Assembly: GCA_964459205.1 (NCBI GenBank)
Contig: CAYWKJ010000002.1
Coordinates: 235 to 64,234 of the forward strand
From: an uncultured Candidatus Peribacteria bacterium
Lineage (GTDB): Bacteria > Patescibacteriota > Gracilibacteria > UBA1369 > UBA12473
Direction of reading: 5' to 3'
DNA length: 64,000 nt
Below the pieces are notes generated by a model, which saw nothing but the letters and a program-made list of their open reading frames with translations, had not been told where the DNA came from and searched no databases. The stretch's first letter is position 1; every line of letters begins with the position of its first letter. Below are positions 49,003-58,132 of this stretch, one piece after another. Both the position numbers and the translations under genes were made by a program.

Positions 49003-52000
49003 ATGAAGTCCCACACAAAACAAAAACTAAAAATAATTCCGCTCATTGTAGTGGGATTGCTGGCAATCATGCTCCCGAGCACTGCTTTCGCCTATGTTAG
49101 CCAATACGCCAGCATCACCAACGAATTATCAGCTGAAATCGATCCACTCGAATCCAGCCCAGATTACGATGAAACTCCAGCTGATGAATACGCTTGTGAA
49201 GCCAGATGGCAATTACACGAACATTTCTTTTACGCAAACAATACTGCCAACTACGACTATTGGATGACAATTCACGCTTTTGCTATTGTTTTGGATTATG
49301 ATTATGCAGGTGGGACTCATGATGCTAATCCAGAAAGCAATGACTTCTTAAGTAATGTCGATACTTCAACTTTATTATGTACTTTAGCGGACAATACTTA
49401 TCATGACTGTTCATTTGATGTAGATACCGATTTAGGGACTGAAATCGCGTCTGGATCAGAATGGAACGGAACTTCTGTTACTTATCAAGAACTAGACTTT
49501 TTGCCAGGAAATCCACGCGGTCTTTTATGGCAATATTCCTCTGATGACCCAGGGAATATCTATGAAACTCCTTGGCTAAATGGAAGAGATAACATGTGGG
49601 AAGATGTGCCAGATTTTGGAGAAGAAATTTCTTTTGAGCTGCTTGCCTACGACGAAGAATACACCGCAACTACAACTTCCTACACTTTAACAGAGGTCAT
49701 GTATATTGACCCTGATGATGACTACGGAAGCCTTAGCAATTGGTACCATATTTACACAAATCAAGCAGACCCAGACGGAGATGACGACTCTGACGCTGAC
49801 CCGGATGGCGACTATGTTTACTGGTACGGAATGAATGGTATTGCCCGTTCAGTTTTTGCCGATTGTGTGGATGCTTGTGTGAGTTTAGAAATGACCACTC
49901 CAACCGAAATGACTGCTGATGACGCTGATGGGATTACTAATATTCAAATTGAAGCCACTAGTGATAATGATGACAGTCCAGAATGGGACGGAACTTACAC
50001 TTATTCTAGTGATGGCACCTGTGAATTTGCTGAAACTTGGACTGGAGCCTGGCTTGGCACAGGTGACGCCACTCTTTCGGAAACCGATGACACCAGTGTG
50101 TATGTTTATGACTGTACCGCTGGCGATACTATTTATGTCGAAGACGTTGATTACAGCGCCGAATGTAACGCTGAAATTGAGATTGGTGATGCTTGTGTTG
50201 ATTTAAATATTACTCAACCACCAACAACTATAACCGCCGAGGCAATTGCTGATGGACATGTAATCGTAACTATCGAAGCCAATGCTGCTAGTGGCGACAC
50301 TTGGCTTGGGGAATATACTTTCTCAGCTGAGGCTGAAGACGGCAGCCCTTCAGATGGGCGCTTTCACTCAAACTATACCGCTGGCTTAGCTGGCGCGGGA
50401 ACTAATTCATACACTACTACGGCCGAAACTGTGCACTTTTTTGACGGTTCCCCAGGTGACACAATTTATGTTGAAGAAACTACATACCCCCTCGCCTGTT
50501 TAGACCAAGTTGGATCCGAGGAGCTTTATTGTGCTGATCTTAGTGTAACTCCACTTACTTTTACTTACGAAGAAGCTGTAAATCTTGTTTCTATTGATAT
50601 CGAAGCCGAAGATCAAATTGGCGAAGCATGGCCCACAACTTATACCATCGAAGGTGATGGAACTTGTAAGTTCACCGAAGACGCTAATGACGTCCCAACT
50701 GATAGTGGTGTTTCTTCACTAACTTCCTCGGCTAGCACTATTTACATTTATGGTTGTAGCCCCGAAGAACAAATCACTGTTACGGATGTTGATTACCCAG
50801 TTGATTGTAGCGCTCAAGCAGAGGTTCTTGATGAAGATCTTGTTTGTCGCTCAATGAGCATTCTACCCACAGCTATCACTTACGAAGAAAGTCTTGAAAT
50901 CCAAGAAATTAGCTACGAAACCCTTGATCAAAACGATAACGCGTGGACAGATGGATCCTACACACTTTACAGCACTGGAGGCACCTGTCTCTTTACTGAA
51001 ACTCAAGCTGAAGCCGAAGCTGGCACTGGTGTAGCCAATCTAGCAACCACCGCCACCACGGCTTATGTTTATAACTGTGATGGCGGCGAAACTATTCATG
51101 CCCAAGAAAACACTTACCCTGATGACTGTTTTGCTGAAATTCCAGTAGGAACCGAAACTTTAGTATGTGCTTCAATCGAGGCCATTCCAACTTCTATCAC
51201 TTATGAAGAAGTTCAAGAAATCGTTGAAATCAATTTTAGCACTTATGATCAAAATAGTGATGACTGGGAAAGCCTTTATAATGTCTTTAGCGAAACTGAC
51301 ACTTGTCTCTTTGCCGAAACTTATGAAGATCTTGAAAGCGGTAACGGCCAAACCTCACTTGATTCTATTGCCAGCACCACTGTTTACGTAACAGGCTGTG
51401 GATCTGGAGAAATAATCAAAATCGAAGAAATCTACTTCCCTGATGATTGTTATATAAATATTCCAATTGGCACCGAAGAATTAGTCTGTGCCGACTTAGT
51501 AACTGAACCAACTTCCTTCACCTATGAAGAAAGTCTCGAAATCCAAGAAGTTGTTATAACTGCCGGTGATCAACACAACGCCACTTGGGATGGTACTTAC
51601 AACATTTGGAGCACTGGCGAAGCCTGTTTATTCACCGAAACTCTCCAAGAAGCAGAATCTGGCTCAGGTGAAATCTCACTCGATACTGTAGCTGAAACTT
51701 TTTATGTTTATAACTGTGCACAAGGAGATATAGTCTATGTTTTTGAACAAACTTATCCTGATGACTGTTTAGCCGAAATTCCATTTGGAACTGAAGAATT
51801 AGTCTGTACTGAAATGACTGTTTCCAAAGACTCACTCACCTACGAGGAAAGCCAAACCATTACCGAAATCACCTTAAGTTCAGTTGATCAAAACGGTGAT
51901 GATTGGCCAATTCGCTATGATATTTGGGGCTTAGAAAGAACCTGTTTATTCACAGAAACTTATGAGGACGCCGAAGCCGGACTTGGCACTGATGTCTTAA

Positions 52001-54954
52001 GTTTAAGAGATGAAAACTCAACCTTTTATGTTTATGGTTGTGACACAACTGATACCATTTATATAGAAGACGTTGATTATTCAGATGTCTGTTCCGCTGA
52101 ATTACCGATCGCGGAAGAAGAACTTTACTGTGCCGACTTAGTGACTGAACCAGTCACTTTCACTTATGAAGAAAGTCTAGAAATCCAAGAAGTTGTCATA
52201 ACTGCCAATAACCAAAATAGTGAAACTTGGTACGGTACTTATAATATTTGGAGCACTGGTGAAGCCTGTTTATTCACCGAAACCCTCGAAGAAGCAGAAG
52301 CTGGTGGCGGAGAAATCTCACTTGATCTTACTGTAGATTCTACTGGTGAAAATATGTTCTATGTGTATAACTGTGCCGCCGGCGACACTGTTTATGTTTT
52401 TGAACAAAATTATCCGGATATCTGTTTAGCAGAAATCACTATTGATACAGCTTGTATCAGCATTACCCTAGACCCAGCTACAACTACTGAAACTGATGTA
52501 ACCTTTACTATTACTTCTGACCCAACTGATTGGGCCGGACCATGGATTTGGTCTACCACCAACCCAGACGGAGTATTCACCATTGGCACTGAAAGTGGGA
52601 GCGAAATAACAACCACTTCAACCACCGTGAATTACTCTGGAGAGGCTGAAGATGTAATCTCTGTTTATGAAGCTGGTGATTATGGTGATGTTTGTTACGC
52701 CACAGCTGTTTTGGATACTGCTCCATACTGTGGTGACGGCAATCTAGATGAAGGCGAAGAATGTGACGACGGTAATAATGTTAATAGTGATGGCTGTACA
52801 GCCACCTGTGAATTAGAAGAAGCCCCCTACTGCGGAAACGGCATCATCGAAGAAGGTGAAGATTGTGATGATGGCGAATTAAACGGCACCGAATTAAGCA
52901 GCTGTAACAGCGTTTGTGGCGTTGAAGGCGGCGGTGGCGGCGGTGGTGGTGGTGGCGGTGGTGGTGGCGGCGGTGCAGATGACTACTGTTATAAGCTTCG
53001 CTTCACTGACCCAGAAGACTTTGTTGGTCAAGATGCCGGATCCTGTACTGACGATGAAGAAGAAAACGACTATTTCTGTTCTCGAAGTAACGACATCTAC
53101 ACTTTCTCTGGTTACACCGCTGGTGATGAAATCGAGTTCTATGTAGAAGCTCGCAACAATATGGAAAGTAAATGGAAAGGATCAGGCAATGACTATGACT
53201 ACGAAATCGTTTGGGAATCTGACGACGCAACAGCCACTTTAGACTTTACTCAAGACGAAAACACCTCAACTGGTACTTATACCGTTGGAGACTCTGATTT
53301 TGAACTAACTGTGGAAGTAAACAGCTCATGTTCAGCTACATTTGAGCAAGAAGAGGAAGAAGTCGAACCTCCAGAAGTTGATCGCACCGACTATATTGAA
53401 AAAAGTGTTTACACCTATAACTTTGGTTGGTTTGAATCTGATGAAACTTCATCCATTAATAGCGACGGATTTACAAGATATGCTCATGACTATGACTACG
53501 CCTTCTACAAAATTCGCTATTACTCATCTGATGCTGCCTCTGGCAACCCAGAATCCATTGTAATTGCTGATGATATCGCGACCGATATCGAAGGCATAAT
53601 TGCTGATGATGAATTATCTGATTTAGATGGTGGATACATTGAACTTCGCATTCCTGGCGCCGAAACTGGTGTAGGAGCTGAAGGAGGAACTGAAGAAGTT
53701 TACGAATGGATGGATACTGATGCTTCCACTGATGCAACTATGGTCATCTACTACTCAGCCAGCGAAGATGATGTTCCAGAATGTAGCACTTTAGCTTCTG
53801 AAGACGCTGACAATACAACCTGTTATGAAGGCTCAATTTCTTCAGAAATAACAATTAATAATCTTCAAGATATCAAAGATGACTCTGATGGTGACATTAT
53901 TGTGAAATATGTAGGACGTGTTCACAATGGGACTGACTTTGTTTGTGATGAACTAACGGAACGCACCGATGTTACTTGTCCGGTTCAGGTTCTAGAAAAC
54001 ACAGTTACAGCCACTGACCCAGATGGTGGAGAGTTAACTGACAGCGCTATTATTACTGTTATTTGTCCTTACATGCTCACCCAAAATGCTGGTGATGTTT
54101 ATATCGAAGGAGATCTAAGCACTTATGATGTTTCTTGTTACGAAGAATTCTCTACCTTTGCTAGCAGTGATGCTGTTGTTATGGGTAAAGAAGTTAGCTT
54201 CTTATCTCGTCTTTCTAGTTACATCTCAAGTAAAAGTAATGACTTTGTTAAAGATCTAAGTACAGTTTGGAGCAAAATCAAAACCACTGATGATGGTGAC
54301 ATTGCTTCTTTTGAAGCTGTTTCCCAAAACACTGATCAAGTTGAATCCCAATTTGATTCCAGCAAGGTTACCGAAGATGATGGCGAAGAAAGAATCATTA
54401 TTTCTAACTTTGACCAATTTACATCAATTGCAGATCATTTGATCTCTAATCCAAGCCAAAACGTTTACAAATTCACGGGGACAGATGTGGTGTTTGATTT
54501 AGGAGCAAATAAAGTACCGGCTGGCGCCTATACAATTATCATCGAAGACGCTGATCTCCGGATTCGCGACAATATTGAATATGATGACACTGGTCATGAT
54601 TTTACAGATCTAGATGAAATTCCATCGATTGCCTTTATTGTGCTTGGTGGAGATGTTTATGTTGAAAACGACCCAGCTTACGTAACCGACATGGTTGGAG
54701 TCTACTACATCGAAGAACGCGCCGGAGTAGGTGGAAATCTTGATGGTGATTGGACCGATCCATTTACCACGCTCACGATTTACGGATCTGTTTACGGAAA
54801 TATCAATAGTCTACTTGGAAACCGTACTTTTGCCGGACCAGCTAACTATAGCCATGGTAATGTTGTGCTTCGCTATGACGAGCGCATCTTCCTAAACACT
54901 CCTCCAGGTCTTGAAGAGTATGTAGATATCTCTTCTGAACGAACTGTCCACTAA
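49003..54954 (+). CDS. Giant (1983 aa) secreted repeat protein: N-terminal domain, nine ~105-aa four-Cys repeats, two Cys-rich CxDG repeats, poly-Gly hinge and a large C-terminal region
   Basis: Signal peptide MKSHTKQKLKIIPLIVVGLLAIMLPSTAFA. A DPDGDDDSDADPDGD calcium-binding-like run lies at 49771-49815. The repeat array lies at 49873-52722. Two Cys-rich units follow: PYCGDGNLDEGEECDDGNNVNSDGCTATCELE and PYCGNGIIEEGEDCDDGELNG...C. Then come 16 consecutive Gly and a ~650-aa acidic/beta-rich C-terminal part. Confidence 0.85.
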   Translation: MKSHTKQKLKIIPLIVVGLLAIMLPSTAFAYVSQYASITNELSAEIDPLESSPDYDETPADEYACEARWQLHEHFFYANNTANYDYWMTIHAFAIVLDYDYAGGTHDANPESNDFLSNVDTSTLLCTLADNTYHDCSFDVDTDLGTEIASGSEWNGTSVTYQELDFLPGNPRGLLWQYSSDDPGNIYETPWLNGRDNMWEDVPDFGEEISFELLAYDEEYTATTTSYTLTEVMYIDPDDDYGSLSNWYHIYTNQADPDGDDDSDADPDGDYVYWYGMNGIARSVFADCVDACVSLEMTTPTEMTADDADGITNIQIEATSDNDDSPEWDGTYTYSSDGTCEFAETWTGAWLGTGDATLSETDDTSVYVYDCTAGDTIYVEDVDYSAECNAEIEIGDACVDLNITQPPTTITAEAIADGHVIVTIEANAASGDTWLGEYTFSAEAEDGSPSDGRFHSNYTAGLAGAGTNSYTTTAETVHFFDGSPGDTIYVEETTYPLACLDQVGSEELYCADLSVTPLTFTYEEAVNLVSIDIEAEDQIGEAWPTTYTIEGDGTCKFTEDANDVPTDSGVSSLTSSASTIYIYGCSPEEQITVTDVDYPVDCSAQAEVLDEDLVCRSMSILPTAITYEESLEIQEISYETLDQNDNAWTDGSYTLYSTGGTCLFTETQAEAEAGTGVANLATTATTAYVYNCDGGETIHAQENTYPDDCFAEIPVGTETLVCASIEAIPTSITYEEVQEIVEINFSTYDQNSDDWESLYNVFSETDTCLFAETYEDLESGNGQTSLDSIASTTVYVTGCGSGEIIKIEEIYFPDDCYINIPIGTEELVCADLVTEPTSFTYEESLEIQEVVITAGDQHNATWDGTYNIWSTGEACLFTETLQEAESGSGEISLDTVAETFYVYNCAQGDIVYVFEQTYPDDCLAEIPFGTEELVCTEMTVSKDSLTYEESQTITEITLSSVDQNGDDWPIRYDIWGLERTCLFTETYEDAEAGLGTDVLSLRDENSTFYVYGCDTTDTIYIEDVDYSDVCSAELPIAEEELYCADLVTEPVTFTYEESLEIQEVVITANNQNSETWYGTYNIWSTGEACLFTETLEEAEAGGGEISLDLTVDSTGENMFYVYNCAAGDTVYVFEQNYPDICLAEITIDTACISITLDPATTTETDVTFTITSDPTDWAGPWIWSTTNPDGVFTIGTESGSEITTTSTTVNYSGEAEDVISVYEAGDYGDVCYATAVLDTAPYCGDGNLDEGEECDDGNNVNSDGCTATCELEEAPYCGNGIIEEGEDCDDGELNGTELSSCNSVCGVEGGGGGGGGGGGGGGGGADDYCYKLRFTDPEDFVGQDAGSCTDDEEENDYFCSRSNDIYTFSGYTAGDEIEFYVEARNNMESKWKGSGNDYDYEIVWESDDATATLDFTQDENTSTGTYTVGDSDFELTVEVNSSCSATFEQEEEEVEPPEVDRTDYIEKSVYTYNFGWFESDETSSINSDGFTRYAHDYDYAFYKIRYYSSDAASGNPESIVIADDIATDIEGIIADDELSDLDGGYIELRIPGAETGVGAEGGTEEVYEWMDTDASTDATMVIYYSASEDDVPECSTLASEDADNTTCYEGSISSEITINNLQDIKDDSDGDIIVKYVGRVHNGTDFVCDELTERTDVTCPVQVLENTVTATDPDGGELTDSAIITVICPYMLTQNAGDVYIEGDLSTYDVSCYEEFSTFASSDAVVMGKEVSFLSRLSSYISSKSNDFVKDLSTVWSKIKTTDDGDIASFEAVSQNTDQVESQFDSSKVTEDDGEERIIISNFDQFTSIADHLISNPSQNVYKFTGTDVVFDLGANKVPAGAYTIIIEDADLRIRDNIEYDDTGHDFTDLDEIPSIAFIVLGGDVYVENDPAYVTDMVGVYYIEERAGVGGNLDGDWTDPFTTLTIYGSVYGNINSLLGNRTFAGPANYSHGNVVLRYDERIFLNTPPGLEEYVDISSERTVH
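49873..52722 (+). repeat. Nine tandem ~315-nt coding repeats (four conserved Cys per unit)
   Basis: Unit consensus is roughly (V/Y)C..L...P..FTYEES.EI.E......DQN...W...Y.I.S.G..CLFTET...AE.G.G...L.......FYVYNC..GD..Y..E..YPDDC.AEIP.GTEEL. Units 6 (51484-51800) and 8 (52126-52449) are nearly identical. Confidence 0.85.
52723..52926 (+). repeat. Two Cys-rich repeats of the CGDG...GE.CDDGN...DGC...C type
   Basis: PYCGDGNLDEGEECDDGNNVNSDGCTATCELEEA followed by PYCGNGIIEEGEDCDDGELNGTELSSCNSVCGVE. The pattern resembles the myxobacterial-type cysteine-rich repeat family, recognised from memory. Confidence 0.6.
52927..52974 (+). repeat. (GGY)16 tract encoding 16 consecutive glycines
   Basis: ggc ggc ggt ggc ggc ggt ggt ggt ggt ggc ggt ggt ggt ggc ggc ggt, read directly. 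Confidence 0.95.
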
Positions 54955-55063
54955 GAGGTGGGCCTGTACGCTACGACCAGAACGAATCGGATAACGGCCT
55001 AACAGTTCTTTATTTGTGACCGCACTACCTTCCCTTTCACCTTATTTATGCTACACTTCGATC

Positions 55064-56038
55064 ATGAACAATGTTGTCCTCTTATTCGGCGAAGACCAAT
55101 TTTGCATCCACGAAAAAATTGAATTCTGGAAAGCAAAGTTTATCGAAAAATATGGTGATGACATGAACCTGGACGAAATCGAAGGAGACACTCCCCCCAA
55201 TCAAATTATCGAGTCAGCCGAAGCTATGCCTTTTCTCGGTGATAAACGCCTTATTATCGTCAAAGGATTCCTCGCCAAACAAGATTCTGACACGCAAAAA
55301 AAGATGGTTTCACTTTTAGAAAGAGTCCCGGAAAGCACTACCCTCGTCTTTTTAGAAATAAATCCCCCAGACAAACGAAAAGCCTTATTTAAAAAACTAC
55401 AAAAAGAAGCAAGATGCGAAGAATGCAAACCACTAATTGGCAATGATTTAACCGAGTGGATCATCTCTCGTGTCAAAGCTATGGATAGCGACATTGATTG
55501 GGGAAATGCTACCTATTTGGGCAGTTTAATAAGCTCAGATTCCTGGCGACTGAAAAATGAAATCGAAAAATGTGCCCTAGCCTCCCCTGGCGAAAAAATC
55601 ACCCGTGAAAAAATAGATGAAATGGTGAGCAGCAGTGGCAATACCACGGTTTTTAAACTTACTGATGCCCTTGGCGCTCGCCAACCAGAAGAAGCCATTA
55701 GTCACTTTCATCAATTAGTAGAAAAAGGCGAAGCTATTCCCATGATTTTCTCCATGCTAGTACGCCAATTTAGAATGATTATTCAAATCAAAGAACTTCA
55801 GGGACAAGGCATGGCGCACGCGCAAATCGCCTCCAAAATCAGCCAACATCCCTACGCTGTAAATTCAGTAGCCAGCCAAACCCAAAACTTCACGGAAAAC
55901 GAACTAAAAATAGTCTACAAAAAACTTCTAAAAATCGATCGCGGTCTTAAAACCGGCGAATTCCGTTATCAAACCTCGGATCAACGAGAATTCATGCTCC
56001 AAATCGAAAAATTCATTCTAGAGTGTTGCGCTACATAG
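55064..56038 (+). CDS. holA: DNA polymerase III subunit delta
   Basis: MNNVVLLFGEDQFCIHEKI N-terminus typical of HolA, with the length and helical C-terminal domain of the family. ATG 55064 is preferred over the GTG at 55016. Confidence 0.8.
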   Translation: MNNVVLLFGEDQFCIHEKIEFWKAKFIEKYGDDMNLDEIEGDTPPNQIIESAEAMPFLGDKRLIIVKGFLAKQDSDTQKKMVSLLERVPESTTLVFLEINPPDKRKALFKKLQKEARCEECKPLIGNDLTEWIISRVKAMDSDIDWGNATYLGSLISSDSWRLKNEIEKCALASPGEKITREKIDEMVSSSGNTTVFKLTDALGARQPEEAISHFHQLVEKGEAIPMIFSMLVRQFRMIIQIKELQGQGMAHAQIASKISQHPYAVNSVASQTQNFTENELKIVYKKLLKIDRGLKTGEFRYQTSDQREFMLQIEKFILECCAT

Positions 56039-56043
56039 CTATC

Positions 56044-57513
56044 CTACATAAACGCCTCAGGCTTTTTAGTATGCCAATCTGTTGCCTGCTGAAAAGCATG
56101 CCCTACATTTAAAATGCGACCTTCTTGAAATTGCGGCCCAATAATCTGTAAACCAATCGGCAAGCCACTGCTAGAAAATCCGCACGGCACTGATAATCCC
56201 GGCACCCCGGCGGCTGAAGCTGGAATCGTTAAAGCATCCGCCATATACATGGCCAAAGGATCATCAACCTTATCTCCTGCTTTAAAAGCTGGAAATGGCG
56301 ACGCTGGCGCACAAATCACATCAACTCCTTTAAAAGCTTTATCAAAATCTTCAATAATTTTTGTTCGCACGCGCTGCGCTTTTTTGTAATAAGCATCATA
56401 ATATCCCGCCGAAAGAACATATGTTCCCATCATAATTCGACGTTTAATCTCTGGCCCAAAACTCACTGATCGCTGTTTAAAATAATAATCAATCAAATCT
56501 TCAGCCTCTTTATCTGGTTTAGACCCAAATCGAACACCATCAAAACGAGCCAAATTAGCCGAAAGCTCAGCTGGAGTCGCAATATAATACATAGCAATTG
56601 CGTATTCGGTCATTGGTAAGCTGATTTCCTTAACCTCAGCACCCATCTCTTCTAGTTGTTTAACCCCCGCCATTACTGCTTCCTTCACATCCTCCTCTAC
56701 TCCTTCTACAAAATATTCTTTTGGTACTCCAATTTTAAGTCCCTTTACATCACCAGTTAAAAGTGAACCATAATCCGGCACTTCCTCAGGTGGCGTAGTT
56801 AAATCATTTGAATCTTGCCCCGCCATAGCTTGCAAAATATAAGTTAAATCTTCGGCAGTTTTAGCTACTGGACCTACTGTATCCCACGAAGAAGCAAAAG
56901 CCGTCACTCCAAAACGTGAAACTCTTCCATAAGTCACTTTTAAACCAGAGACTGAACACAAAGAAGCTGGTTGTCGAATCGAACCACCAGTATCAGTTCC
57001 AATAGCTCCTAAACAAAAATCCGCAGATACGGCCGCAATTGACCCCCCAGAAGATCCTCCAGCTACACGCTCTAAATCCCAAGGATTCCGCGTGTAACCA
57101 AAACAGGAATGCTCTGTAGAAGCGCCACACGCAAACTCATCTAAATTTGTTTTTCCGACCATCACCATGCCGGCGTCCTTCAGTCGTTTAACAACTGTGG
57201 CGTCATATGGTGGCACAAAGTTCTTCATTCCAGGTGAAGCACAAGTAGTTGTAACTCCCTTAGTATTCAATAAATCCTTAACACCAATCGGAATCCCTTC
57301 CAATAATCCCAATTCTTTACCACTGGCAATTTTTTCATCAACACGAGCTGCCTCCGTAAGCGCCCCCTCCCCTGTTACCGTCACAAAAGAATTCACTTTC
57401 CCATCATATTTTTTAATCCGCTCCAAGCATGATTCCGTGAGCTCTACCGCCGAAAACTTTTTCGCCTTAAGCCCCTCTTTTGCGTCCTTAATTGTTTGTG
57501 TCGCAAGTGACAT
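56044..57513 (-). CDS. gatA: Glutamyl-tRNA(Gln)/aspartyl-tRNA(Asn) amidotransferase subunit A
   Basis: Amidase signature GGSSGGSIAAV and GTDTGGSIRQPA; 489 aa. It lies downstream of and overlapping gatC. Confidence 0.93.
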   Translation of the reverse strand: MSLATQTIKDAKEGLKAKKFSAVELTESCLERIKKYDGKVNSFVTVTGEGALTEAARVDEKIASGKELGLLEGIPIGVKDLLNTKGVTTTCASPGMKNFVPPYDATVVKRLKDAGMVMVGKTNLDEFACGASTEHSCFGYTRNPWDLERVAGGSSGGSIAAVSADFCLGAIGTDTGGSIRQPASLCSVSGLKVTYGRVSRFGVTAFASSWDTVGPVAKTAEDLTYILQAMAGQDSNDLTTPPEEVPDYGSLLTGDVKGLKIGVPKEYFVEGVEEDVKEAVMAGVKQLEEMGAEVKEISLPMTEYAIAMYYIATPAELSANLARFDGVRFGSKPDKEAEDLIDYYFKQRSVSFGPEIKRRIMMGTYVLSAGYYDAYYKKAQRVRTKIIEDFDKAFKGVDVICAPASPFPAFKAGDKVDDPLAMYMADALTIPASAAGVPGLSVPCGFSSSGLPIGLQIIGPQFQEGRILNVGHAFQQATDWHTKKPEAFM

Positions 57514-57800
57514 TACATAACTGGTTTAACCTTGATTTGATCTTTTTCAATCGGCAATTCCGAACACTCCAAAAGCTTCTTAGGATTTTCGCAATCAACA
57601 ACCTCATCCTCGCGCAAAACATTAGTAAGCCCAGTAACTTGTGAAGTAGGCTCTACTCCATCTGTATCCACCTTATTTAAACACTCCATATACTCAAAAA
57701 CACCCGAAAGCTGCTGCGCAAAAACCTCAACCTCAGCTTCGTCAAGAGAAAGACGAGCTAATTTGGCCACATGTTTAACCTGATCTTTGGAGATTTTCAT
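57513..57800 (-). CDS. gatC: Glutamyl-tRNA(Gln)/aspartyl-tRNA(Asn) amidotransferase subunit C
   Basis: A 95-aa protein with VKHVAKLARLSLDEAEVEVFAQQLSGVFEYM, typical of GatC. It shares 1 nt (57513) with gatA. Confidence 0.9.
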   Translation of the reverse strand: MKISKDQVKHVAKLARLSLDEAEVEVFAQQLSGVFEYMECLNKVDTDGVEPTSQVTGLTNVLREDEVVDCENPKKLLECSELPIEKDQIKVKPVM

Positions 57801-57838
57801 GATTTGAGTCTAACCTAAAAACGTGTAAAATAAAAGCT

Positions 57839-58132
57839 ATGAACACTGTGCTTAATATCAAAAAAGTCTCCCTCCTTTTCTTTATTCTTTTTGGAGGGGC
57901 ACACATCTTTTCATCGCTCATGTTGGCGAACGATTATTTTAGTGATAATATGCGCCTCCTGAATGGCACGCTTGATATTCCAGCTATTATCTGTGGATTT
58001 ATTTACGCCGCAACAAGCCTTAAACTCTATTTAGAAGACATGGGCAAATCCACTAAAACATTTGATTTAGTTGCTGGTGTCATCGGTGGACTAATTCTGA
58101 TCGCACTTCTGTACGTAAACTTCCTTCTCTAA
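57839..58132 (+). CDS. Small membrane protein (three predicted TM helices), unknown function
   Basis: Hydrophobic segments LLFFILFGGAHIFSSLMLA, IPAIICGFIYAATSL and LVAGVIGGLILIALLYVNFLL. TAATG overlap with the next gene. Confidence 0.6.
   Translation: MNTVLNIKKVSLLFFILFGGAHIFSSLMLANDYFSDNMRLLNGTLDIPAIICGFIYAATSLKLYLEDMGKSTKTFDLVAGVIGGLILIALLYVNFLL

Noticed and set aside
52927-52974. G-quadruplex potential of the (GGY)16 tract
   Set aside because: The G runs are only two long and are interrupted by C or T. At best this would form a weak two-tetrad structure, so the coding explanation (poly-Gly hinge) suffices.
54955-55063. 109-nt gap after the 1983-aa gene as a possible terminator or sRNA
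   Set aside because: There is no stable GC-rich hairpin followed by a T tract, only a 4-bp GGCC palindrome pair. Nothing is supportable.
36382-57800. Apparent redundancy of AsnRS (36382-37665) with GatC/GatA (56044-57800)
   Set aside because: GatCAB is still required for Gln-tRNA(Gln) formation when GlnRS is absent, which is common. This is not anomalous without whole-genome context.
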